Shown here: positions 37,801 to 52,968 of the stretch, in pieces | How positions within the stretch are numbered: the first letter of the stretch is position 1 | How the letters are laid out: each line of letters begins with the position of its first letter | From: Fimicolochytrium jonesii | Taxonomy: Eukaryota | Length of the DNA stretch: 64,000 nucleotides | Assembly (NCBI RefSeq): GCF_025526975.1 | Contig: NW_026515694.1 | Location: 1-64,000, forward strand | Direction: 5' to 3' | Program-made: the position numbers and the translations under genes | The notes under the pieces: model-generated | Databases searched by the model: none | What the model was told of the DNA's origin: nothing | The model's input: the letters and a program-made list of their open reading frames with translations, nothing else

Positions 37801-39149
37801 TTAAGCGTCCTGGAGACAAGCAACGGGAAGCAACCCCTGTTGACCGGTCGTTTCGTTCGTTCCTTTCGCCCAGCCTGTAAGAAATACGAGTAAGACACTT
37901 TGCATTCCTTCGACCCAATATCGAGTGGGAACTCGTTCCCAACGTACCATCATTGAACAGGAGATCCAAACGGATCCTGTCGCCGACCTTCAATTGCACT
38001 TCATCTTCTGCGGCAGGTTGGTAATCGTGACGAACGACTATAGGATAGAGATGGAGGTTAGCATCCTACGTAAAAATTTCAATAGAGGAGGACGATCGCT
38101 CGATCGCGCTCGCTTCACGAAACATACCATAGTTCTTCTCCAAAACCGACGCAACACTCAACCCAGCCGCAATCCCCCCGATCGCCGACGAACTGCTCCC
38201 CTCGCCCGCTCCACCAGCCTCGCCCATCTCCTGCTTGCCCGCCGACGCAAACGTCACTGGGGGTGTGGGTCCCATCAACGGCGTGTTGGTGGCACTTCCG
38301 GTCGTTTTCCTGCGGCGGTAGATGAAGAAGGCGGCGATGAGTGCGAGGAGGACGAGTGCGCCGACGATCCCGCCGATGATTGCGCCGATGTGGGAGGAGG
38401 AGGAGGAGGAGGATGCGTTGGGATCTTGATTGGCGTTGGAGTTGTTGGTGGTGGGAGTTGCAGTGGAGGAAGGGTTCGCCGTTGCGGATGCGGCGGAACC
38501 TGAGGATGCGGGGTTGGGAGTCGCAGCGCCGCCTGTGGATCCTGCTGGGTTAGCGGCGTTGGTTGTTGCTGGGGTGGCGGGGTTGCTAGTCGTTGCGGCC
38601 GGTGCGCCAGCTCCCAGTGGGCCGACTTGCGAGTTTGAGCTGCACAATGACGAATACGGAGGGTCGTTGATGCATGGCCCAGTACACAGATTTTGCGTGA
38701 TCCATTTGCGTTGGTCTGTGGAGAAATGAAATGAAAGAACGATAAGTACATCGACCGATGGATCGTTGGAGCGTTGATTGATGGGTTTTGATGACTGATG
38801 GATGACAACGATTCCCTGCTCGCTCGCTCCCCTCGCGCCAAGGATGTTGGGCTGCGGTGGGCGGAGCTGGGCTTTGCCGCACCTCAAGCACTCTCCTCGC
38901 TTCGCTCGGTTTCCAAATTCCCTCCTTCCCTCCACTCGGCCCTCGCTCCGCTCGGTGCGCTCCGCTTCGTCACTCGACCTCTCGGTACCTACCCTTATCA
39001 CAAGAGACAAAGGTGACGCCGTCACAACCAAACTGGTCTTGTGCTGGGGTGCAAGCCGCGCCCAAATGAACGTTATTCTGAGCGGCGACAAAAGACGACG
39101 AGAGGAGAATGGCTCCAGCTGTGAGAGCCAGTGTTTTGATGGAGGGCAT
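37801..39149 (-). CDS. Single-pass membrane protein: signal peptide, Cys-rich extracellular module, S/T/A stalk, TM helix, C-terminal SH3
   Basis: MPSIKTLAL..., ACTPAQDQFGCDG...SC, IGAIIGGIVGALVLLALIAAFFIYRRRK, LKVGDRIRL...DGWAKG...GLLPVACL. Confidence 0.8.
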
Positions 39150-40579
39150 TGTTTGTGAGGGGTGTGTTGGGTGAGTGTGGTGGTGGTGGTTACGTTTTGG
39201 ACGACGTTGGTTGAGTGTTGCTGAGGGCGGGGGAAATCTTTGGCCCCCAGTCGACAATCCCTAGAATTGCGGTGGCTGAAGTGAGCGGGTGACAGTCCGT
39301 CCCCGAAAGAAACGGCTCCTGTACAGCAGTAGTGGAAGGGTGGGTAGTGCAGTGTGCGAGTGGGGGCGGGCGGGTGGTTATGACTTTGTGTTGCAGGCCC
39401 TCTTTTTCTGAGGGCTAGAAAGGCCGGCAAAAGGACGAGGGCGTCTGCGGGCTGTTTGTTGACCGCAACCTCCCTCCCAAGAGTCCCAAGCCACCATGTC
39501 TAACCCTAACAACTCGCATACTGATGAGTTTCTAAACGTCGCGCTTCGAACAGACCCGGTTATATACGGCTATGTACGGTTAGCGTCGAGTTCATTCGCA
39601 TGATCGCCCATCGTCCCACATCCCGATATCCTGGGACTCTCCCCCAAGTCCCAACCCGACGTCCATGACTCTGCCGAACAAGGGGCCGCTCAACAGATTG
39701 TTGTCAAAGTCAAATCCGGACGTGGATCTTCCCACGCTCCTTACTATTTTCTTGGCCAACGGCAGTCGGTTTCAAGGCGTCTGGACCGCCGCTACTGCCT
39801 TGATCCCGAACCCCCGTATATACAGGCATGATGAGGATTGACGATACCCCGTCTGACTCACTCTTTCAATAGTTGCATCTATTCCAGAGAAAAGGATGCT
39901 CCTTCTTCCTGAACGCGTCGTACTGCTCGCCGGTCATGATTTCGAAGGGCGTCCGCGATGCTTTCTTCATCAACTTCTTGAGTTGCTTGCGAGGGTCGCT
40001 GTTGAACCCGTCTGGCAGGTTGATGATGGTTCTGCTAAGCGGGCGGTGCAATTCATCCCAGAACTACTCTTCCAATTTAAGGAATCGGGTTTGAGGGCTC
40101 TCGGCCCATGGTGCTTGCCGATGGAGCCAACTAAGTTCCGTTCGAGTGGGGAACTTGTTGGCACTTGGCGGAGGAGGAGGAAGCGGCGTCAGCAGCCTGT
40201 TGGGTGAATATCATTTTTTATGGTTCCTTTGATCGCATCGCAAATATTCAATTCCAAATATAAGGCTGGCGCACTCTTCACCTCCATCGCTCAACGGTAG
40301 CAAAGATTCATAGGCTCCTACTGTATAACACGCGGTCCACCAAATCACAGTGGTAGGGAAGGAGGCCGTCAATGGTGACTGTCGAACGAGGCCGGGAGTG
40401 GCTTGGGCGTGGCTTGGGCGTGGCGCAACCCTCCTCGTTCCTCTCGCCGATGAGCCCCCAATGCAAACCAACCACCCTCTCGCAATCTGACCACCATACA
40501 GCACGCACAGCCAGGCAGCCGGACGCCGTTCCGTCATATAAGAACCGTCCTACTTGACAACCAGCGAATCACCGAAAAA

Positions 40580-41668
40580 ATGCCTCTTTACGAATTGGTG
40601 TGCATATCAAAGGTATGTATGTGTTCTCTATGAAATTGTTGGAAGAGCAGGAGCTGCGAGTTTACGGGCCAGGGTGTGGGAGAGGTGAGGGAGGGGAGAG
40701 GTGAGGGAGGGGAGGGCGACGTAAATTTAGGTTGTGTGAGCGATGCGCATGGAATTACGACGACTATCGGACGGAGATCGTTCACGAATGAACGAATGAG
40801 AAGGCTTGGGAATGTGGACTAAGCAGACGGAGACCAAGAGCATCACTTTGGTTCGACACGTGAAAGCGAGTGCAAAGGGCAACGAGCGAATGAGCCTGAG
40901 AAGGAAGGGACCGCAGCACACCAAGGGGGGATCGGTTTATGTGGAGTGTCTCATGGGCCGGAGGCCTGGGACGACTGGCGAAGGCGGTTAGAGATCTCGC
41001 GTCTAGCTCTCCCGCCGACATCAATGATATCCCTCTCCTTCCCTGCGGAGAATGAGCCCCAATCGCTCACCTGTCGCTTCCCTCACTCCCACTACAAAGG
41101 CCGTAGCGCGGCAAATCCCCAAAAAGCCAATCCCCGCCCCCTCCCCCCGCCCCCGCCAATCCGTCTTCGGCCCCACTTCACCATCCGCCCACCCCCTCGC
41201 ATCCTCCACCCAACCAAAATCAACGTTCTCCGCCTTCAATTCCGCGCCCGAGCCCGAAAAGGCTGACGAGGTCATCCCCCTAACACCCACCGAGGCGCTG
41301 ATGAAGATGGCCGCCACGCAGATTATGGACCGTAAGGGGGTGGTGAAGGGGTTTTCGATAATGGAGCAGAATAGACAGCTGGTGTATCGGATGAAGAGAC
41401 ATCAGACGATCTTTGATAAGGGGGAGTATGTATCGAAATCTTGGGAAGGGATGATTCTGAGTCCGTTGATTGCAGTTACGCTGACGAATCCCTTTTGATT
41501 CGATTATGTAGCACATGGACAATGGAATTCTACGCATCCCCGCAATCCGTCCGGCAAATGTCCAAATCACTCAATTTTGACGAACGGGTCATCCGCCATA
41601 CCGTCGTCAAGCTCGGAGAATCGTTGTCGGAACTCACGGGGTATAGGCGGCCGGAGAATATTGTTTGA
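40580..41668 (+). CDS. MRP17: Mitochondrial ribosomal protein S6 (bS6m)
   Basis: MPLYELVCISK exon; KGVVKG...LVYRMKRHQ; LNFDERVIRHTVVK. Confidence 0.85.
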
Positions 41669-42666
41669 GGGATCTGGAGGTGCGGCGGGGTGGAGGGATG
41701 GGTGGTGGGCGAATGTGGGGGTGCACACGGCGACTTATTGCTGCGCGCGGTTTGTGAAGGTGGAGCGATAGCCGATAGACGATTGACGGGATGGGGATCG
41801 GGATAGATGCGGGCGGGCGGGGAGAGCGAGGTGTATGGGACAGCGGCGCGGTCACGGTCGTCAAATCAACGGGCCAGCTTCAACGTCGACGTGATACCCC
41901 TTTCCGCCTCGTTGGGTTCCCGCCCGCCTCGAGTTTCGGACCTGCGGCGGGGATACGAGGGGATATTGCTGCGAAGCTAACAATGCGCCCAACCTCGAAA
42001 GTCGGACGAGCGGAGGAGGAGAACAGAGACCGGTGTGCGTCCGAGGAGCTCTCGTGCAACCCATCTAGTCCACTGCGGACTCTCTCCCTCTCCTCTCACG
42101 CGACGCACATTCACAGCATCAAACGCCGCCCCCTTGCACACTCCATCTGTACCCATATCTCTGGATTCTAGAATACATACGCCTGTTGCTCGCATACATG
42201 ATCAGAGAGACCTCGCACATGTCCCGTCCATCGTGTTGTTTTACGTGTAGGTCGCATAATGTATCCGGCACCGAGAACTCAGAACGTGCTTTGACTGTTT
42301 ACGGTACATCCATTAGCGTACAGACACTGTTCATTACAAAAGGGGCGATACGGGAATCGATACTCTACGGGTCCTTTCGTCAGAACGGCCGCAAAAGAAG
42401 GGGGGGAACCAACTCGATCGGCCCGGTGCAAGCCGGGGGGGTTGGTACGCACAAAAACCGGGGAATAAAACGAACTAACTACGGTATATCTACTTGGGGT
42501 GGGAATCCATGGACAAAACGGGAACAAAAAAGGGGACAAAAAAGAGGGGGGGGGGGGGGGGGGGTCTGTACAAAAACCAAGACTATACATTGTGTGGGAC
42601 TGGAAGGTGAGGGGGGGGTGGAGAGTGAAACGTTGTTGTGGAAGGGGCTAACGCGCGAGGGTGGTC

Positions 42667-44277
42667 TCACCACAGATCGACGCCGTCATCGTCGGCATCA
42701 AACTCGGGACACGGCGGGAACTCGATCGCAAGCGTGGACGCGTCCAGGGTCGGCAGCGGGTGCGGTCCCGCCGACGGTATCTCCCCCCTGCCGCCCAAAA
42801 CCCCCTTCACAACCGCCCGGGTCGCCCTCCGCGCCAACACGCTCCCCACCCCGACGCTCACGTCCACAACCTCCCCTCCCGAGCCCCTCACCATCTCGCT
42901 CTCAAACACGAGCGGGAGCGGGATGTAGGTGCGGGTGGTTAGACAGAGGTGTGTGTAGGTGTACAGGAAGCTGAGTTCGGTGGGGATGAGGTTGAGGAGG
43001 CGGCGAAAGAGGGGTGTTGTGAGGGTTGAGAAGATGTGGGTGAGGATGGTTGTTAGGTGGGTGAGGAGGGTCAGAAGTTGCGGTGAGGTGTCGGAGGGTG
43101 TGTTTGTGATGGTGGTATGTACGCCTGGTGTGGCGGCGGCGGTGGAGGTATGTGAGGTGTGAGATATGAGGTGCTTATCCTTATGTTGTTGAGGATGTTC
43201 GGTTGGTGAGGTATCATTGGTGGTGGTGGTGGTTGTGGTGAATGAGTGAGAGAGGGCGGGATGTCGAAGGTGGATGTTTGATGGCGGTATTGGGTGCAAT
43301 GGCCTTGAAGACCGTCGTGGGGTATGCGTAGCGGGCGCCGATGTCGTCGGCTCGACAGACGCATTGGCAGATGCAGGTGGCGATGTAAACGCACCCCTCC
43401 CTCTAACGACCCTCCCCACCAACAACCCAACCAGGGCAGCATCCCCCAACGTCCTCGCCCATTTCCTGCGATGCCACTTGGGTTTGAGAATGAGTGCGGC
43501 TGCGCGTTTGGCGCGGACGGCGCAGATGACGAGGCCAGCGATGATGAGTTGGGTGTAGGAGGGGGGTGTGGGCCAGGTGCGGACGGCGGGTGGGGGGGTG
43601 GGAGGAGGCTGGTGGTGGTGGTGGTGATGGTGGTGATGGTGGATGTGGGTATGTTGCCGAGCTTGTTGCTGTTGTCGTGAGTGAGATTCCTGTGGGCGAG
43701 GTTGATGTGATCCATCAAGATGTTGATGTTGGGATGTTGAAGCGCGCTGCTGGTGAATGTGTTGACTGAGTTGCCGTTCGTGATGAATCCGTTGCTTAGG
43801 TGCCGACTCTGGGCGTCGATGGGTGGTCTGCGCAATCGCAATGGAATGCCTTCTCGGTGCCGAGTCTACCGAAGACATGCTCTCCTCCGCCGATTTGCTT
43901 TCCGTCACAATCGCCGCTTTACAGTCACACTGTCCACATGGAAACACGACGAGCCTGTTGATGGATTTGCAGTGCAGCATCTCTGCTTGTTCCATCGCTT
44001 TTTGCAATCTAAGGCTGTTCTGCTGCAAGGCCCAGAGTATTCCTGCCTTTGCTGTTTCCGCTGCTGCTGCCGCCCTCGTGGTTGCGTGTCGCTTTTCGAG
44101 CAGCCTGATCCTCGCGGGCCGGGCCGAAAACACTACGCGAGGTCGGGGTGAACTCAGCAGGAGTCGCCTGGACAGTGGCGCTTTTACTGCAGCTGCTGCG
44201 GAGGTGCTTCGAGAGGAACGCGAGTGAGAGATGAGAAAGGGTGCCACTGCTTTTGTTGCCGGTGCCGTTGGGGGCAT
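42667..44277 (-). CDS. Hypothetical protein, His/Thr/Pro-rich with a hydrophobic segment
   Basis: 536-aa ORF; no family recognised. Confidence 0.55.
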   Translation of the reverse strand: MPPTAPATKAVAPFLISHSRSSRSTSAAAAVKAPLSRRLLLSSPRPRVVFSARPARIRLLEKRHATTRAAAAAETAKAGILWALQQNSLRLQKAMEQAEMLHCKSINRLVVFPCGQCDCKAAIVTESKSAEESMSSVDSAPRRHSIAIAQTTHRRPESAPKQRIHHERQLSQHIHQQRASTSQHQHLDGSHQPRPQESHSRQQQQARQHTHIHHHHHHHHHHQPPPTPPPAVRTWPTPPSYTQLIIAGLVICAVRAKRAAALILKPKWHRRKWARTLGDAALVGLLVGRVVRGRGAFTSPPASANASVEPTTSAPATHTPRRSSRPLHPIPPSNIHLRHPALSHSFTTTTTTTNDTSPTEHPQQHKDKHLISHTSHTSTAAATPGVHTTITNTPSDTSPQLLTLLTHLTTILTHIFSTLTTPLFRRLLNLIPTELSFLYTYTHLCLTTRTYIPLPLVFESEMVRGSGGEVVDVSVGVGSVLARRATRAVVKGVLGGRGEIPSAGPHPLPTLDASTLAIEFPPCPEFDADDDGVDLW

Positions 44278-46636
44278 GTTCAGGAGGTTGAAGAGTCGTG
44301 GGCCATGCGTGAGGGAATGTCTTCGGAGCAGTGCTTTTCTTATGGTCGTTGAGTGTTAAGTGGGCGGTATCGGGCTGTGGGTGAAGGTAATCTTGGGCCG
44401 TGAAGGTGGGAGATCTGCGCGTGAGTTGCGGGTTTGCCCCGAGAAGCCGCCGAGGGGAGTGATGGGGGGGAGGCGGACGGGCACGTCGTCGCCACTTCCT
44501 GGAGTGGAAGCCCCTTCTGCAATGGGCCTACTCTCAAGGGATGGCGGTTGTGGTGGCGAGCGAGCGGAGAAGGAGAGGAAGGAGGAGAGAAAGGGGAGGG
44601 AAAAAAGAGCGGCGGGTGAAGCCGGCGGGAAGCGCAGCTCCATCTCAAGAAAGGGCCCCCCTTGCTTCAGTAGCTATCATCCATCACCCACATGCATGAT
44701 GTCCTCGAGATATCGATCTCAGCTCTCCGTCGCAACCATCTTAGTTACATATGGTAAATATGCATGGAAGATGGATATGTCGTCGGCTCACAGGCGCAGG
44801 GTTCCTAGGTACACTCAATATGTTGCCACCATGACCTTTTGACTTGGGAACTGCCCTGGATGTCCCTTGAAAATTAGCGATGAGGAAGCGAAAAGTCCGC
44901 CAGTTGATCTGTGTTGGAAACCCTCAAAAAGGTTGTCTACGTACGTACAGTACATGGCTTCTATGAATGGCGCTGGAACGCATTGATGCAACGTCCTCGA
45001 CCTAACAACACCAGCGCGATATCGACTTTTGTCTTTGCTGACATAGATACTGCACATGCATAGATAGATATGCATCAGATGGTGGTGGGTTGGATATCTC
45101 GCAATACGCTGGCAACAGCTCGCCATGGGAATACCCTGCGATCATGATCGGGAGTGCGTGGAGAGGGGGGAGGGCCAAGGCTGGATGCACATTGCACACC
45201 TTCCTGCTCTGATACGAGACCATCCCAAAGGAAAGGAGCGCGATCACGAAGGGGTGTGCTCACGCGTTTCCGCGCAATGTCCGCCGCCCTCCCCTGCCCG
45301 TTTGTGTTCCGCTCCCGCTCGCTCGCGCCACAGTTTGCAATGGCTGACATCCAAGCGATTTGTACATCTCTCTGATGGATCAATCTCCCTTTCTTCGCCC
45401 TGCAGAGTGTCTCGCGAACGTCGGATGGATGGGAAAGGTCAGGATCACGCTCTTCCCTGACGCCATACTGTATGCGGTATGTAGTGTACAGTGCATAGAG
45501 TTTCGAGCATAGCCATATTTACCATCAATCTTCCTGGATGTCGATCGGGCTCGCCGAAGGTCCTCAGACCCTTGAGATCAGGAATCAGGATTTGGGCTTT
45601 GCGTTTCATGCAGGACGCAAAATCGTAAAGATGCACAAAACGAACTGGAAATACTGTACTATGACCGGGCGCGACAGACACCTAAAAACCTTACTCGGAT
45701 TGCGCAAGCCAAGGCAACTTGGGATCGATGTACGGACCACGGTATCATCATGCATTTGTGGTTCCGCCGAAATCTAGGGGCGCTTCTGCAGGGAAGGATC
45801 GTCCGTCTGGACTATGGATCGCATTTTCGTGCAGAGTCGGAGCTGATCGTCTGCCCGGCATGTCGTCAGCGCATGATATTCGCCGCGGCGAGACACCGTT
45901 CAGGTTTTCTGTGATCTCGTCCGCATTCCGTGCATGTGTGAGAGCGATCTATACGCGTATGCATCCTCGTCATGGGCGCCCCAAATGATATAGGGGCATC
46001 CCACATATCCCGTTGGAAAACCTTCGAGGATGGCATTGCGAGCATCTGTACGAATGGCGTAGCCTGGACCATCCCCGCTCTGCGACCCGCCTGCAATCCG
46101 TGATTTGCGCCATACATCCAGGCCCCAGGCTCCAGCCGCCGAGGGCGGCGCAAACCAGGCATGTACCAACCTCGCCCAAAATCCGATCAAACACCAGGAC
46201 TTCACGCCCCTCCTTCCTTCTCTGATACGCCCGTCTGGGAACAGAACCGTTCCCTCCGACGTACCCTCCTTGAAATTGAGATCCATGTACGACTGGCCGC
46301 ACTGATCTTGCTCGCTAGCCGAGAGAATACATGGCATGGCTCCGACATGGCGCAATCCCTGCCGTTGATCGCATACACGGTCGATCATGGACCGCGGATG
46401 TTGCGTAGTGTTCTTCCAAAGTCGCTGCAGCCGGAACAGGACATACACACTGTACATACACAGCACAATCTTCGCCAATGGACGTCCCGGCTATAAAAGC
46501 TCGACAGGGCACGCTGCTCCCTTCTTGGTTTTCCTACACATCCCCACACACATACACACCGCTGCCCGCTGGACTCGGCGCAGACCCACATCCCTTAGAT
46601 TGCGTACACAACTCATATACCCCCTCGACCACAACA

Positions 46637-48141
46637 ATGGTCTTCCTCGCCCACGCCTGCACGGCCTTGGCCGCCACCGCGGCCCTCCTCAGCAGCACCG
46701 TCCTCGCCGGCCCGTACACCAACCACCAACTCGTCCGCGTCTCCACCTCTTCTTCGGACGGTCTTGCGGCCCTACATGCCCTGCTGGAAGACCAGCTCGG
46801 TCTCGATGTGTGGAACACGGGCGCGGATGGGATTGATGTGAGGATCGCGCCCGAAGAGAGGAAGTTCTTGGGGACAAAGGGGCCGATTGCGAAGGCGGTG
46901 AAGGTTTACAATGCGACAGTGGAGGTTTTGGAGAAGAATATTCAGGAGATTGTTGATAAGGGGGAGAGTGTCAACAAGGCGGCTAGCTTGGTGAGTCTTC
47001 CATTGACAATATCATCAACTGTTTGCGTACGGTTACGCTCTTTGTAAGAGCTGACTCGTTTCCCCCCCAATCGATAATGCAGGGCTTCGCCGCTAACCCC
47101 ACCGCCGCCGCCGCCGACTGGTTCTCGGCCTTCCACACCTACGACGAGATCAAAGCCTGGTACCAAGCCCTGGCCACCAACAACCCGACCCTCGTCACCT
47201 TTGTCCCCTCCATCGGGAAATCCCGTCAAGGCCGCGACCTCTTCGCGGTCAAGATCACCAGCAACAAAAACACCGCTACGAAAAAAACCTTCTTCTTCCA
47301 AGGCCTCATCCACGCCCGCGAATGGATCTCCGGCTCCACCGTGCAGTGGGTATCCAACCAGCTCGTCTCGCAATACGCCTCTGCGCCGACTCTGCTCGAC
47401 ACGACGCAGTTTGTGATTGTGCCGATCGTTAACCCCGATGGCTATGTGTACACGTGGGGGTCCAACCGACTCTGGCGCAAGAACAGGGCGAGCCCGAGCG
47501 GGGTGGATTTGAACAGGAATTACGATGATGGGCATTGGGGACAGGGCGGGTCGTCGTCGTCGACGTCGAGTGACACGTACAGGGGCCCGTCGGCTGGGAG
47601 CGAGCCGGAGACACAGGCGGTGCAGAATTACTTTTTGGCGCAGACCAACCTTGTTGGGGCTATTGATTTCCACAGGTAAGCACAAACAGTCTTTGCCCTG
47701 AACGGCGACTTGAGGACTCGCGTTAACCCTCCAATGACTTTACCCAGCTACTCCCAACTCGTCCTCCGCCCCCTCGGCTGGACCAGCGCCGACTCCCCCG
47801 ACGAAGCCAAAAACAAGGTCATCGGCGACGGTCTCCGCGACAAGATCTACGCTTCACACCAGGTCCGCTACACGTCCCAAAAATCGATCGACCTGTACGT
47901 CACCACGGGCACGTCCACCGATTTCTGGTACAACCGCAAACGCATCTACGCGTTCTGCATTGAGTTGCGCCCGGGGAATGCGTTCGGGAACCAGGGATTT
48001 GTGATTGACCCGAAGCAGATTGTGCCTACGGGAGAGGAGATTTGGGCCGGGGTTAGTTGGTGGGTGCAGTATGCGTTGGCGAACCCGTTGCCGACGAAGG
48101 CGGCGAGCCTTCAGGCTAGGTCTGCTGCTCGCTCGGCCTGA
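46637..48141 (+). CDS. Secreted M14A zinc carboxypeptidase with propeptide
   Basis: IHAREW, NPDGY, WRKNR, GVDLNRN, SEPE, IDFH, IELRP; two introns. Confidence 0.95.
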
Positions 48142-48604
48142 ACGGCTGTTGACGCCAGACTGAGACGCACGATCTGAAGTCTGTCGCTTGCTTGGGCATT
48201 TCCCGACTCCCTATCTGTACTTTTCCCCCGGCGCCTTGAGCACCGCTGTTTACATATCTGACCTTAGTGCCTTAGAGGGGACATCGCTGATGCCCTGGCC
48301 TGAATCCTGATGCGGATCTCTTCTGATATACCTACCTGTATATGGACTCCTCTGCTTTTCGTGATCAAATCTGTACACACCAATACCTCGTTGTATGTTC
48401 CGCTTTTCGCTACTTCGCTTTTGTTCGCTGCAGATATATCATTTTGGCAGCTCTGAGGCGAAAGGATGGCCTCTTTCAATTGGGGAGAGCTCCTACACCA
48501 AACATTGCGTAACATTTCCGACTTTAAGTGTGGAAAGAGTGCGATTTCATTTGTACAGATTCGGCAACGACGATAAATAAATGCATGCAACTTCCGACTC
48601 CGCC

Positions 48605-50294
48605 TCAACACCTACACTGCAACTCCCCACCCGCCTCACTCCCATCACACGGCACCAACCCGCTCGTCTCACAGGTCAACTCCACCCTTCGCACACCCTT
48701 CTCCAACGGCGCGCTAAACAGCACAAACGGTCGCTGCCGCCTATCCTCGCCCTTCCAGAACTTGCCCTGCAGATGCAGCTGGTTGGAGGTAAAGTAGATG
48801 CGCCCGTTGGCTGAGACGCTGAGGGTGTCGGCCCATTGGATGCGGGGGTCGCGGATGAAGGGGGTGAGGACGAGGACGGGCGGGGGCGGGACTGCCGGTG
48901 TTGTTGCGTTGGTATTGTTTTTGGCGTTCGGGAGGGGTTTGGGAAGAGGGCTCTGGACCAGTCGCCCGCGGAGGATCGCGTTCTGGTCCTGGTTGGTGAT
49001 GTAGATGTTCCCCTGGTCGTCCGCCTCGAGCCCGTCTGACGTCCCGCCCTTCTCGCCATGGTCGATAACGGTGGACGCGGTATCGTTGTCCCCCGCGATG
49101 GGGTCAGCGAGCAGGCGGGTGGAGACGGAGAAAATGCGGCGGGATGCGAGCGGGGTGTAGAAGAGGCGCAGGCCGTCGGAGGAAAGCGCGATCCCGTCGG
49201 AGCCGTCGGTCATGTAGCCTTGTGGCGCCGAGGCGTTCGGTTGGAGGAAGATGGGGAGGCCGGAGACGGATGGGACGAAGGAGGGGGTCGGGAGGGTGGA
49301 GGGGTGGCGGTCGAGGCGGCGCCAGGATGCGCCGGTCTCCAGGTCCTGATGAAGCGAAGTCATCCGTTAAGTCGAGGGATTCAACGAGAAGAGCGTTACT
49401 TCCCCCGTACTTACCACCACCACGATCCCGTTGGCACCCTTGTCGGACGAGTCTGTAATGTAAGCGACGCCTTGCGTCAAGATCCTCAGATCGAAGCGGA
49501 TATCGTTCAAGTAACTCTGCGGAAGTGCGACGGTCTAGGAAAACGGACGGCATTGTCGATTATGAATCTCTGCCGCCCTTCGGAGAAGATAATGGACCGG
49601 TGGATCTTACCTCGGGGAAAAAAATGGTTTTGACGATAGTGTTATTGTTCAAAGCGACCGCAATCAGCTTCGGTCCACCATAGGAAGCCGGCTGCATAGT
49701 CTTGTTGATGGTGGGCCGGCCCGTATCCAAGATCCTGCACCCAAATGCATCAGATGTCATCCCTCGTCAAACCGCGTGGAACCCCAGATCTTTCTCAAAA
49801 CTCACCACAACCGATCTAACGGATCCACTACCACACTCTGCACGCTAACCAACGTCTCATTCTGCCGCGTCGTATTCCACGCTCCCGGCCCAACCAAGGA
49901 ATGATCAATGCCCTTAGGCGGGAACGGCACCTCCTTCTGGGATTTGAGGTCCAGCTCCGCAACGGTGAATTTGATGTCGTCGGACCAGTAGGGGTAGTTG
50001 ACGAAGATACGATTGGATTTGGAGACGGTTACGCCTGTGGGCATTTGGGACTTGAAGAGGAATCTACAGGTGGGTCGGCGATGGCTCTGTTAACAATTTC
50101 CTGCGATCTCGTGTTAACTGCATAGCCCGCGTTTGTCCTTACTCGGTCCTGAGCTTTGGCCCAGACTTGCCCTCATCCTTCAATATGTTGCCATCCTGTC
50201 TGTGTGTGACGGAGTGCAGCACATCTATAGGGTTCGCGAACACTGCCGCCAACACCGATGAAACCGCCAAGTATTGGAACAGAGTGCGCAACAT
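48605..50294 (-). CDS. Major royal jelly protein/yellow-like secreted beta-propeller
   Basis: PTGVTVS...RIFVNYP, SVQSVVVDPLDRLW/ILDTG, AYITDS, DGIALS, DPRIQWADT. Confidence 0.9.
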
Positions 50295-51164
50295 CTTGTT
50301 CCTCTGGCTTAATGGGGGATCTGATTTACAGGGCGAAGAACCACTTTGGAACAGGAATGGAACTGGCAGCACCTGTGGCCGTTATATATGCGTGCGCCGC
50401 ATCCCACCCATCCCACCCATCCCTCATTTTTTCCGTTCTTGTTCAGCAAACCATTGTTCCATAATCTTACATACAAAGCGTCATGACGAACGCTTCGCCA
50501 GAACAACCAAAAAAAGAACACAGGACGATCGCCGTTGCAAATAAACGTGCACGTCCCTTATGCGCGCGCGTCGGTTGTTTACGTCAGTCATGCCTCGCGT
50601 TCTTCCTTCAGCCCTTCCTTTCGCCGAGAGTCCGTGTTTGGGAAAGCCCGCTGTTATGGAATAAGGCGGTTCGGCGGACGTTTGTGTGTGTCCGTCGGTG
50701 CGGCGGCGAAAGGACGGTGTTCCGGAGAAGGAACGGCTGCAGGAGGCTGGGGCAATGGAGAGCACATAGCCATCCATGTCCTAGCTTTCTGCTTGTGGGT
50801 GCAGGGAGACTCTGGGTTTCTCGCCATCGGCCACGGCCGCGCCTGCGGTGCGAGTGCGATGACGGGCGACGATCTGCTGTACAGTATGTTGCCCTACAAA
50901 CCAGCATCTGAGGAATCTGAGGAACAGAGCGGCGAAACGATAGATATGCCCGTGGAGCATGGACAATCGCACCACGGGAAGAAAGCTCGACCAATGCATA
51001 AGCAAGTCTAAGCAAGTCACAAGACAGCAACAAATCCAAGACATCCAATGCGATCAATTGACATGCATTAGATAAATTGTGGTACAAGGGATATCGGAAA
51101 GAGTGGATTGGAAAGCTGGTGCGGGAATCTGAGAGGGTACTAACAACAGCCTTTCATCGTTTCA

Positions 51165-52717
<1,553 letters not shown>

Positions 52718-52968
52718 GGCTGATGTTGCTGTCTGTCGACTTTTGTGACAATTGAGAGCGTTGGCAGAAGGGGGGAGCGAAAGGAAGGATCGCACAGCTT
52801 GCAGCGACTTGGTGGGAATGGGGCGAGTCGCGGGGGTTGAATTACGCTGCACGTGACACGTCATGTGACTGTCATGGGAGAGAGAGAGAGATGGAGGATA
52901 TGGGCAAGCAGAGGAACGCATCCCTTTTCGCTCTTTCCCTTTTTCGTCGCTGAACTCACATTGCAAGG
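52718..52968. promoter_or_regulatory. Bidirectional promoter region between RPS14 and RPS27
   Basis: 251 bp between divergent ATGs; pyrimidine tract before RPS27; cacgtgacacgtcatgtgac in the middle. Confidence 0.6.

Noticed and set aside
39866..40210. Small minus-strand ORF as a gene
   Set aside because: In-frame stop just upstream, no clear start and no recognised family.
44800..46500. Cluster of short overlapping ORFs
   Set aside because: No recognisable motifs; consistent with chance ORFs in GC-rich DNA.
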